DNA from: Eledone cirrhosa
Taxonomy: Eukaryota
NCBI GenBank assembly: GCA_964016885.1
Contig: OZ024743.1
Location: 90,520,001 to 90,584,000, forward strand
Length of the DNA: 64,000 nucleotides
Direction: 5' to 3'
A program made the translations under genes and the position numbers. Below, in pieces: positions 24,101 to 36,917 of this stretch. Position 1 is the stretch's first letter; the number at the start of each line of letters is the position of its first letter. The notes under the pieces were generated by a model. The model was not told the origin of the DNA. It was given only the letters and a program-made list of their open reading frames with translations, and made no database searches.

Positions 24101-27100
24101 GGCTTCATTTAAGTACTGACTTGGTTTGTTATGATCTGTCTAATCCTTGATAGCAGGGAAAATGGACATTGAAGAGCCTTTAGGTTGTGCTCCAAACACC
24201 AGGTTAATAATGAGAAAGTTATATTGCTAAAGCCCTCTAAGTTATAGATTATTTTCAATATGATTTGAGGATTTTAGGAGCAATATCTTTCATTAGAAAT
24301 ATGGTAACAAAAGGATTAAAGTGTTTATCTTTATTTAAATATTGGATTTTATATAAGAACCTTTGTTATTATGCTCCAAACACCAGCCCAATATGAATGT
24401 TAATTATATTACTAAATCTCTATTATTTTCAATATGATTTGAGAATTGTAGGCAGTGTGTTTCATTAGAAATATACTAACTTCCATAATGATGTATAAAA
24501 TTCTTACCAGGTTAATAATGAGAAAGTTAGTTCTGTTACTAAATTCTTCCAAGTTCTTGATTATTTTCATTAGAAATATTATAATGAAAGGGTTAAGATT
24601 ATAATGTAATGTCTTTGTCAATGTTTTAGCCTTTAATCATCTACTTCTCTTTATGGATAAATTATTAAAATGATGTTTCTTCTTTGCTAGATTCAATGAT
24701 ATCAGTACTGGAGTGAGAACAGTTTGTGTTCAGTATGCACAACGTTTCATTCTCCATCATTCCGATTTAGTGAGAGATATTATTGGTGAGTATTTCAAAT
24801 CTCTTTATTTACTTCCAGTTTTTGCTATGACAGTAGGTTTTCCCTACATGTCTAAGCATTTAACACTTTTGATAGCAAACCACCTGAAACTTTCCCTGGT
24901 TTTATGATACAAAACTTAGTTTTAAAGTGTTAATATTTTCATTTAAATCCCTTCCATGATAATTTTACTTATGAACTTTAACCCTTTTGATACTAAATGG
25001 CCTGAAACTGTTCTTGGTTCTACGATACAGAACTGTTTTAAAGGATTTATATCTACCCAAAAACCTTCCATAATAATTTTATGCCTCAAACAACTAAATA
25101 TTGAGAAATCTTTCCAAATTCTTGATTTATTTTCAAAATTATTTTAAAATCACAGGCAGAAATATGGTATTATCTGTGAAACCATTACAAGATCATTAGG
25201 ATATTAAAATAATAAAGATGATAATTAAAATATACGAAGTGGTTTAAGAAATATGTATATTTTATTATTTTAGAACAACTGAAAGTTCGTCAGCATGATC
25301 CTGAAGAGACAGTTCGAATGGAGGTTGTATCAGCAGTTCTGAATGCTGCAAAGAAAGATTTTAAAATGATAACTGATGAACTGCTAGCTTTTATTAAAGA
25401 ACGAACTCTAGACAAGAAGGTAAGTTACATATTAGCTTCTTTAATTTAAATACTAACTATAAAATGTTAAACTGTTTTCGACAAATGTTTGTTGAATGCA
25501 GATATGGTTCTGCTTATGTGGATATTTATTTATTTGATTTGTTGGTTTGCTAATAATATCAACTGTCTAACTAATGTGAGGAAGTATATCTTACTCACAT
25601 GTTCCATATTGTGGTATGGTTTCTACAGCTGGATGTGCTTTTTAATGCCAATCACTTTGCAGAGTATCAGCTGCATTTAAGCATGGCGTCAGCAGTGCCA
25701 CTTTGCAGAGTAAAGTGTATCTGGTTCAGAATTGATACTCTATATACTTGCATGTCATAAGAAGTGAGTGAAATGGTTCTCCTTTTCTGGAAGGAAGTGG
25801 CTGTTCATACCTGAAATGGGATGGGCTCTACCGGGCTTAAAGTGCCTCCATGACACCATGCATCTTCTTTCTCTCTCTGAGCGATACTCATGGAAAAATT
25901 TTCGGCCAAAATGTTAGCAAAGAGAAGATTATTTAGAACAGTGAGACAGAATTATAGGATAGCAACGATTGTAGATATATGGATGAATGAACCGAAGGTT
26001 AAGGAGACAAGAAGAAAATGTTATATTATACATTGCATTTTCGTAGAAGTCGACTGACCATTTAATAAGAGTTGACAAATTCTGAGTTTTGTCCTCCGTA
26101 ACATTCTTATTTATATTTGGTGCAAGTAGGGAGTGAAAGAGAGAGAGGGACGTATATGTTAGAGAGAGTGGGGGTAATAGCGATTTTGAGGAGCGAGGGA
26201 ATCTATTTTTATGAATCCTGGAAAAATTTTCGGCCAAAATGTCACTGGACCGAGATCTTTGGCGGTACTCAGTAATAGAGAAGACCCGCCTTACCTAAAT
26301 ACAAAGTAAAACCTACTACAGTCAGTAGGCATCTCTAACAAAATACACCCCCCATCCCACCACCCCCACCCCATCCACACCGCCCCTTTAAATGTAAAGT
26401 TATGTTGGTGCCACAACATCCAGGCCGAAACAAATGAGATCGTGTAGGTGTCACGACAAAAAAACACACAGTCCACGCTGTAATGTGGCCGTGTAGGCAA
26501 CACGGTAAAAACCTCCCAGTCCCACACTGTAAATGTGGTTGGTGTTAGGAAGGGCATCCAGCCGTAGAAAACCCGCCAGACAGTCCTATGCGAGCAAGAC
26601 AACCACTCTTGCCTCAAGTGGGAAAACTCCCGTCCAAACCCATGCAAGCGTGGAACATGGACGTTAAATGATGATGATGATGAAACAGTAAATGTAATTG
26701 TGAAGATTTTATAAACAAAATCACAAACAAATTCCATCGTTTAATGCTGTTGAATCTGATTTTTTCATTTAGTTTAAGATCCGGCGAGAAGCATTACTTG
26801 GGTTGGCCCATCTCTACAAGACCTATATCAATCAAGATCCTGATAACACGGCCATTGCAAAACGTCTTGCATGGGTTAAAGATAAAGTTTTTCATGCTTA
26901 TTATCAACATAGTCCCGAAGACAGGTAAATATTTGTAATATATTTAATTTTTTATAAATGAGATTTAGTAAGCAAATTGTAAAAATTGTTGAATGAAATG
27001 GAATAGATCTTTGTTAGTTTTGATGATGAATGTTCCTGTTGTTTTATCAATGGAACAACTTGCTTGTGGAATTAACGTGCAAGTGGCTGAGCATTCCACT

Positions 27101-30100
27101 GATGTACCTTTTATGTATAATTCTTTCACAAATGGGTTTAGGTAATGAAATTGTGAAAATTGTTAATGGAATGGAACAGACCATCATCAGTTTTTGAGGA
27201 TTAGTGTTCCAGTTTGAGCTACGGAATAGCTTTATCATGAAATTAACATGCAAGTGACTGTGCATTCCACTGACGTGTACTTTTAATGTAGTTCTCAGGC
27301 AGATTCAACGAGACACAGAATGTGACAAAGGCGGCCCTTTGAATTACAAGTACTGTTCATCCAACAGGCTTCAAAACAGTTTCTGTGTATCCAATTCCAT
27401 TCACTTGGCTTGGGACAACCTGTGACTATGGTAAAAGACATTTACCCAATATGGCAGGCAGAGAGATTGAACTTGAGACTGATTACAAAGTGAACTTCTC
27501 AATCATTTAGCTATGTTGCATACACAGTTTTCTTGTTATCAGTGTATGAAATAAAATTTATTTTATGGCAAGATGATAAAGTATTCTGTCTCAGTTTGTC
27601 TTCTATTTGTAATATGTGTATTCACAAAATATTTTTGTGTTAGATACAGTCATTGCATGCTGATGTGTGTGTTTCAAGAACATTTTTTTAATCCTTTTTG
27701 AAATCACATTAAAATGTACAAAGCTGCATTATGAGTGCATCACATATGAATGCATCACATATGCAATTTTTCAAGTAAATATACTATAAACATTTGAATC
27801 AACAAACCTGTTTGCAGTTATTTTCTGTCAAATCATTACAGGATGTTAAGAGATAGAGGTTATTGTTTTAATTTTCTTTTACGTTAGGTTACTTGTAGAA
27901 CGCATTTTTAACACTTGTCTTGTGCCATACACACTGCCGACATCAGAAAGAATGAAACGTCTTCACAACCTCTATACATCTCTAGACGAACATGCCCTCA
28001 AGTAAGCTTCTTTCTTTGATTTTTCTCTTTCTTGAAAGTAAACTACATTTTCAATTAAACTTAATTTTCAAATAAACATTTGTATCCAGTTAGCATTCTC
28101 TTATCTTTTTATTTATTTTACTGGTTTCAGTCTGAAATTGTGTCCATGCTAGGACACTGCCAGTTGATGATATTGACCCCTGCACATATTTTTTCAATTA
28201 TGTGGCTTTTTTTGTAGAACCACTAAATTATGGGTCATAAATACAGACATGCATACATATATATATATATATTATCATCATCGTTATTTGATGTCTCTTT
28301 TCTTGGATGAGTCGCCACAGACAGGGTCAGTACTCAAATCTAACTGCTAACCTCTCAGATAGCCAGGGGCTTGCATCTCGCTTACTTCTGTTCGTACACT
28401 CTGCTGAGTGCTCAGATAGGCTGGGAGCTCATATCTCGTTTACATGTTCTTGTGTTCTACCATGTTCATTTTATTGTGGCACCAACACTAGAGAAGTTGC
28501 CCTCCCTATCACTAACACTAGGGAGATTGTCATGTCTTCTCTCAACCCCTTGTTTAGCAAGTTTTCTACAGGTGGATGCTCTCTTCCTATCACCAACCAC
28601 TTTACAGAGAATACTGGGCATGTTTTACCATGTCACTGATATTACATAGGTTATTGTGCCTTTGGGTCTACTGAAGAGTTTTCTCGACTCATTTTTGGCA
28701 TGATTTCTACAGTTAGATGACCTTCCTATCACCAACCACTTTACAGAGTGTACTGGGTGTGTTTTATTGTGTCACCAACAGTAGAAAGGTTGTTGAGTCT
28801 TTCATACAACTGAAGAGTCCTGATCTTTTTTAGCAAAGTTTCTACAGCAGGATGCTCTTCTTTGTAATACTTGCTTTCCCAACTTAAAATTGATGCTAAT
28901 GCTTTTATTTCTATTTTCCAGAGCATTCAATGAATTGTTGAAGTACCAACACGGGTGCGTTGATTTTCTTCATATTTTTGTATCTTCTGAGTTTGTTATA
29001 ATTTTGCAGGATATGTCAAGCTGTGTTATGGTTGTATCTTATGTGGATGAGGTCTCTAGGGATGTAGTATGTCAAGCTCACAATTGTAAGGTTGTATGTT
29101 TGATTCTTGAACTGGGTGGCCTGTTGTGTCCTTGAAGAGCACACTTTATTTCATTTTGCTCCAGTTCACTTAATTGAAAAATGAGTACCAGCAGCAGTTA
29201 ACTGCTAACCTTGTGACAGACTAGCATCCCATCCAGAGGCAGTCCTGTACTCTCAGTTGCTTAACTTCAATGAAATAGGTTAAGGGACAGACTTTCTTTT
29301 TCAAAATGTAATGTGGCATTTCTATGAATGTATGTTTCATAAGTTGTTAATATGTAGAAAAAGAGCATAGGAGAGATAACCAAGTCTTGACATATACTCT
29401 TAGGTCTCAAATAATTTCACTCTCCCCTATTTTTCAGATATCTCCCTGCGCTTACTAAATTTTGCTAATCTATCTCTGGTGAAATTTTATTTTAAATGGT
29501 AGCATTCCTGCAACAATTAATTTTCTTTAGATATTAAAAAACATTATACATGACAAAAAAAAGTATATTACTAGAAACCCCAAACGTTATAAAATTAATA
29601 GTGTGGGTTGGGGTTCTCAATATGTAAACTAAACGACCAATTCTGTTGTTTTTTTCTCTTAAATCAATGGAGACAACCTAGAAAAATTACCAATTTTCCA
29701 AGCCGCTTGCTTATTCCCCCTTCATTATTTGGGACCCAAGAGTACCTGAATTTACAAGGTGAAGATAGGAAGACTAATAATGAATTGCAGATGATGATGG
29801 GAATAGAACCAATGATGAATGTTGCGAAAAGAAATGTTCATATTTGATTCAGTTATGCGTATTCTGAGTTCAAATTCCACCTCCTTCTGTCAGGTGCTGC
29901 AACTGACAGACAGTATCAGAAAGTATGGAAAGACCAATAGAAACATTTTCTTGGTTCGATCTGACAATCTTTTGTACCAGGAAAATACCCCATTTTGTTT
30001 TGGCAAAGTGACTGGAACTCTGCTACATAAATCATTAACCAGATGGTTCTAACTTAATTAATTCTTTCTCTTTCAGAGTTCGAGTATGTGTGCTGCAATG

Positions 30101-33100
30101 GATTGATGCTCTTGAGCAAAACTTGCAGGGATGCCCTGCCCCCGTCGTAGCCAAATTAATAGCTCTTGCCAGTATGTATACTATCTTCTGTAATAATAAT
30201 AATAATAATTGTCTTTTCTGTGTGTATGTCTAAATATCTAGAAGTGTCCAATTTCATGAAGAATTGATACTCTCAATAGAGAGTAGAGAAGACTGTTCAG
30301 TCTTGCCGAGTACATGACAATTCTCTAAAGCCAGTGTCATTATAAAATTCCCTCAGTGTTTTCTGTAAAGTGGTAGTGCCAGTGCTACGATAAAATTCAC
30401 CCAGTATTTTTTGTAAAGTGGTAGTGCTGGTGTCATGATAAAATGCAGTCAGTACACTCTGTGGAGCAGTAGTGCTGAGGCCATGATAAAATGCACTCAG
30501 TACACTCTGAAGCAGTGGTGCTGCTACCACGATAAAATGCACTCAGTATTTTCTGTAAAGTGCTAGTGCCAATCCCACAATAAAATGCACTCTACAAAAT
30601 GGTTGGCATTAAGAATGACAGTTCTGCATGAGTAAATCACAGCCATCTGATCTGACTTGTCTCACAATGGGACAACTCGTTTAACCCATGCTAGCTTGGA
30701 AAAATGGACGTTAAATGGTGATGATGATATCCAACTGTAAAACCAAGCTGTAAACACAAGCAAGATGTGGTCACCTGTCTAGACTTAGTATGTGATATCT
30801 CATCCATCATTATTTTTATGTTTGCTTTCCATCCCATACTTGCATGGTAAGCAGACATAAAAATAATAATAATGATGACTATCTCCCATAAATAAATAAA
30901 ATATTTCAAATGTATACTTGATGTGTGTGTTGTAAAATTTACTTACATCCAACATTGCGATTTCTATTTTCAGGACAATTACCTGAACCAAACAAAGCTC
31001 AGGAACATCTTAAGAAATTCAATCATATTTTGAGAGAGGATAAACGTGTTCGCCATTGTCTGAAAGCACTGGTCAGCCCAGACTGCACATGCCGCAAGGC
31101 TGAAGATGCTGTTGTAATTATTTTCTTTCCATTTGCATAAATTTTCTTTAAACCCTTTTGTTGCCATATTTCTAATGAAATACACTGCCTGTGATTTTCA
31201 AATAATTTGATGAGGGGGTTAGTAATGTAATAAAAAAAGTGCACTTGTTGAAGTGTCGAATGGGATACTTTGCAGTATCTGATCTGGCTCTGTGTATTCT
31301 CGCCTCCTGCCAGAAGTTGCGATTAATACATAGTATCAGCAATGGAAACATTGTTCCCCTTGTTCGATTTGATGATCGGTTCCCTTTTTATTTAAACAAA
31401 GATTCTTATGTAGAAATTATGAAATTTGTTCACTAAATGTAAACACTTGAAAGTAAACAGCTTTGTATCAAAAGGGTTAAGGAATATTTCTACTTGCTTC
31501 AGATATGAATAATTGAAAATAATCAACTTTCTCAAGTGTATCATTGGCCCTGTAGTATGTTATTTAGTGAATTATTTTTATCATCAGGCCTGCTATATTT
31601 TACAGAAAGAAATATTGCGAAAGGTTGGGAATCCTGGCCAGCAAACACCTTTTTATACAGCCGTGAAATCATTATTAGAGCGTATAGCTCCAGTGATGAT
31701 AGATGCAGATGCTATCAGTGCCTTGGTGAAGTACAACTGTGATGTAATAAATGGCTTGATCTATGTGGATGATGGAATTCTGGCAGCTGGGGAGAAAGGT
31801 CTTAAGCTTCTTCTGGTTAGTATTAAAATGTTTTTATATTCTTTTATGATGAATTGGTAGAGCCATTTGAACATCGGATAAAATGCTTTGTGATATTTGT
31901 TCTGGCTCTCTGCACTTATTTCAAAACCTGCTGAGGTTAATTCCACCTTTCATCCTTTGAAGGTTAATAAAAAAAAAAGAAGAAAAAAAGTACCATTTGA
32001 GTATGAGGGTAGATTCTTCCTCTCCTATCCCTTTCTCACTTCATCTCTCTCCTCCTCTGAATCAGCTGTGTTCAAACATGGAGAGAAGATGGGCTCCACC
32101 AGATTTTAAAAAATGCCCATGACATGTTGCCTGCACCCTTATGACTCCATCAGCAGTTATGGGTGTATGTATATATATTTCGTTTTTGTATTTCTTATGC
32201 AAGATTTCTTATCTGAAAATGTTTGCAGTGGAATGATAGTGACCCCAGTCCCTATCATCTCATTTCTACAGCTGAGTAAACTGGAGCAATGGGAAATAAA
32301 GTGTCTTGCTCAAGGAAACAACACATCACCCGGTCAGAGAATTGAACTCACAACCTTTCGATTGCAAGGCCAATGCTCTAATCACTAAGCCATGTGCCTC
32401 CATTTCAATTTATTATAAATTTCCATTTGTTTAGTTTAGTAGCTGGATGGTTGTTTATTGCCAAAGCTCTTTTGTCACACATTCTGTGACCTCAGTGACT
32501 AATTTGTTACTTTGTGTCTCTCCTTTGTTCTACACCATCTTGTTTTTGTGAGCTGGAAATTTATAATAAATTGAAGTAAAATCCAACAGGTGTGTGTGTG
32601 TTTTTATCAGCAGCACGACCCTCCAAAAGTATAACTATATATATATATTCATTACCTTTATACTGTTGAAAGACATTCATAGAGACAAATTTCCAAAATT
32701 ATTTATCTTAATTTATTTCTTTATTTATTTTTACAGGCTTTGTCCCACGTCTTCCCGCCCTGTTTTAACCGAGAAAGTGTTTTTGAAGATTTACTGACAT
32801 TCCTGAAAAATGAAGATGAAGTTATATGTGAGTACTTAACACTTTTCTTTACCATATTTCTAATGACATGCACTCCATATGATTTTCAATAAATTTAAGA
32901 TTTGGAAGGATTTAGTAATAGAAGTAACTTTCACATTATTAATCCTTTAGCATTTAAACTGGCAATATCTGGCCAGAATTCTCTCACCTCTTTCTGTTCA
33001 AACCGGCTGTAACCAGCCACTCATACTGATGCTAAGGTATTGTTCTCAAAATAGATAATATCAAAATCTCATAGATTTGATATTATGTGAGGTAAAGCCT

Positions 33101-36100
33101 TTACTGTGAAAATATAATAGTATATATAGAGTAATGTAAATGCTAAAGGATTAAGTTGGTGTTTGGAACATAACTTAAGAAAAGGTTCTTACATAGAATG
33201 ATAATGGAATGTTTATATTTAAATATGAAAATTTAAGATACTACTGTTTTGTTTTTCCAGGGTTGGTATCAAAAAGCTAAAATGACATTTTCTGTTTGGA
33301 TTTCTTAATTTGGGATTATCAAACGCCTTATATATTATTCTATTTTACTAAGTAAATGTATAAAAATATAAGTTCTTGTTTCTATGTAAAGAAGTATTTT
33401 GTAAAAATCCCAGCCAAAGTATTGTTCCATTTGAGCAAGCTACGCCCAGCTGGCGAGGCTTGTCTCATAACATGGATGACCCATCTAACTCATGCAAGCA
33501 TGGAAAAATCAACGTTTAATGATGATATATATGTGTGTGTATATATATATTTATTTATTTTTTTTACAGCTGATTTAACTCTTCAGATATTTGTGAACAC
33601 TGGTTCCAATTTGAAAAAAGACTGTCCGAACATATATTCGTAAGTATCAAATCATTCTAGAATATTTTCTCTGACATTGATAATGGAATTGGACATAAAA
33701 CATGATGAAGATGTATTTTAAAATGTTATATTGAATCAGATCTTATATTTAGCTCTTATTTCTTTCACAGAAGCCTGTTACCAGTTCTTCAAAACACAGC
33801 AAAAATGGGGAACATCAGACAAACCAAGCATGCAATCAAATGTATCAGTATTGTGTACAAACATGAAAAGGAATCCATTTTACAGCAGGTGTTTGAGGTG
33901 AGAATTTAATACAGCCTAAACTATTTTTCTTTAATTTTGTAGGTTATTAATCCTTACGTTACCATATTTTTAATGAAAAACCCTGCCTCTGTGCTTCAAA
34001 TAATTAACACTGTTGACACCAACCTAGTGAAAACCTCCTCTAGTTCTTTGAAACAAGACTGCTTATTCTAGAGTTCCTATTTAAATTAAAATCTGGCCGA
34101 ATATGCTAATTCTCAAAGTCATTTTCGCCATTTAAAAAATATAAATTTAAATCTTCATTTTCATCATCATCATCATCATCATCAACGTTTAACGTCCGTG
34201 TTCCACGCTTGCATGGGTTTGGATGGGGGTAGTCCCACTTGAGGCAAGAGTGGTTGTCTTGCTCGCATAGGACTGTCTGGCAGGTTTTCTACAGTTGGAT
34301 GCCCTTCCTAACACCAACCACATTTACAGTGTGGGTCTGGGAGGTTTTTACCGTGTTGCCTACACGGCCACATTACAGCGTGGACTGTGTGTTTTTTTGT
34401 CGTGACACCTACACGATCTCATTTGTTTCGGCCTCGATGGAGCGGCACCAACATAACTTTACATAGAACGGGGTGGTGTGGATGGGGTGGGGGTGGTGGG
34501 ACGGGGTGTATTTTGTTAGAGATGCCTACTGGCTGGAGTAGGTTTTACTATATATTTAGGTAAGGCGGGTCTTCTCTGTTACTGAGTACCGCCAAAGGTC
34601 TCGGTCCAGTGACATTGTCTTGGAGAGGTGTAAGTGTGTGATGTCGGAGTTTATCAGCTTGTCCCAGGTTTTTCTGGGTCTGCCTATTCCGTGACTACCG
34701 TCTATCTTTATTGCCCTGCACTTTGTTATACAGCTATCGACTTTCATGCGCATCACGTGTCCATACCAACGTAGCCTTCTCTCGAGTAAACAACATCTGA
34801 TCCCTCTTATCTCTAATTTTTTCCTTAGTTCGTTTATGCTTTGCCGTTCACGTATATTACTGTTACACATCCAGCGGAGCATGCAAGCTTCGTTCCTCTC
34901 TAGTCTGCGTATATCCTCTGCACACAATGCCCAGGTCTCACTGCCATGCAGCATTGCTGTTCGTATGCAGGCATCGTACAACCTGCCTTTCATTTTTAGG
35001 GAGAACCCTTTAGCAGCTAATAGTGGTATAAGCTCTCTGAACTTTTTCCAACCAGTTCTGACTCTAGCTACAGTACTTTCAGAGCACCCTCCCCCACTGC
35101 TGATTTTATCGCCCAGGTAACGGAAGCTGTCCACTATTTCTATAGAACCCTCTGCGCAATTGAAAGAGCTAGTATTTTGTGGGCACTTGCTGCTACTTAT
35201 TGCACCAGAACACCGGCCACATGTAAAATCTATGTTCTTAGTTAGCTTACCTGTGATCCCACTACATCTTTTATGCACCCATACTTTGCATTTAGGACAT
35301 AAAATGGAGTTTCTACCTACGCCTTTCCTACACACCGAGCACGACCAATTCCCAGAAGGGACCGCCGCCTTGTTTTCTTTCCTACAAACTAGTACTTTGG
35401 TCTTAGCCAGGTTAATTTTAAGTCCTTTTGACTCTAGGCCGTGCTTCCATATTTGGAATTTCTTCTCTAGCTCGGCCATTGATTCCGCTATGAGTGTCAG
35501 GTCGTTTGCGTATAGGAGTTCCCATGGGCAGCCTGTCTTGAACTCCTCTGTTATAGCCTGAAGGGCAATAATAAATAGTAGGGGGCTGAGAACAGAGCCC
35601 TGATGGACGCCAACTTTTACGCTAAACTCTTCACTATATTCGTTGTTAATTCTAACCTTGCTGACTGTTTCTTTATACATGGCTTGTATAGCCCTCACAA
35701 GCCATTCGTCAACGCCTAGTTTTCTAAGAGCCCACCAGATAATGGAGCGGGGGACTCTGTCGAAGGCTTTCTCCAAGTCGACAAAAGCTAAGTAGAGGGG
35801 TTTACCTTTAGCTAGGTACTTCTCCTGTAGTTGTCGTACTATGAAAAGAGCGTCTGTGGTACTTTTGCCTGACACAAACCCGAACTGCATTTCATCTAGG
35901 TCAATTCTCTCTCTGATTAGTTGCGCTATTACTTTTTCCGTGACCTTCATTTTACATTTATTTATTTTTATTAGTATCAAAATTTTCATTGCACTATTTA
36001 GGATGTGTGTTTTTTGAATGGCTTAAATGACTCAACCATGTTGTAGTTGTTTAATTTCAAATCACATTAGTTAGGCATTCTTAACCCTGTAGTATTCAAA

Positions 36101-36876
36101 CTATCCATATCTGGCCAGAATTCTCTCACCTCTTTCTGTTCAAACCGGCTGTGGGTGACCGATCATACTGATATTAAGGTAATAAATAATTTCATAGATT
36201 CGATATCATTCGAGATAAAGCCTTTACCATGAAAATATAATAGTAAATATAGAGCAATGTAATGCAAAAGGGTTAAACTAAAAACACATTGAAAATTAAG
36301 TCCAAATTTTCACAATATATCCAACAGTAGAAATTCTGTAGACATTTGCATTAACAAAGCTGCTTTTAAATATTTTCTGCTACATCATTACAAGATTTTA
36401 AATTTATATCGTATTTTAAACAATATTGAGTGACTATTTTTCTTCTTTTTCTTCTTCCTTCTCTGAAGCATGTCAAAAAGTCATTAAACCCTGAATCTGC
36501 AAATTTCCTGACCTCCATCGTATCAATGGGACATATTGCTCAAATATGTCCAGGAGAATTTAGTACTGAAATGAAAAATGTTGTGTCCAAGTTAATTGTT
36601 AAAGATTTATTAATGCAAGATCGAGTAAGTTGATATATTAATTTTGATAATATATTGTTTTTTGTTTTTAATGTTTAATAAATTTAATATTATTCTTTCT
36701 TTTATGGGGAGAGAAAAAGCATTCAACTGTAGAAACCTTGCCAAAACAATGTATGTGAGATGTGGTCCACCAACTTGTCTAAGATGATAGTCCAACCCAT
36801 GCCAGCATAGGAAATGGGCATAAAATGACCACACACACACTCACACATATAGCAATGGGTCCATATACGCCTTTAC

Positions 36877-36917
<41 letters not shown>

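Noticed and set aside
34746-35561. Antisense ORFs over RTE copies (also 8492-9025, 46883-47365) and 52162-52593 opposite exon 30
   Set aside because: Shadow frames of real coding sequence with no independent motifs
34556-35989. Functional reverse transcriptase gene
   Set aside because: 5'-truncated (no endonuclease domain), catalytic YADD changed to YAND, and the first residues of the ORF come from flanking intron
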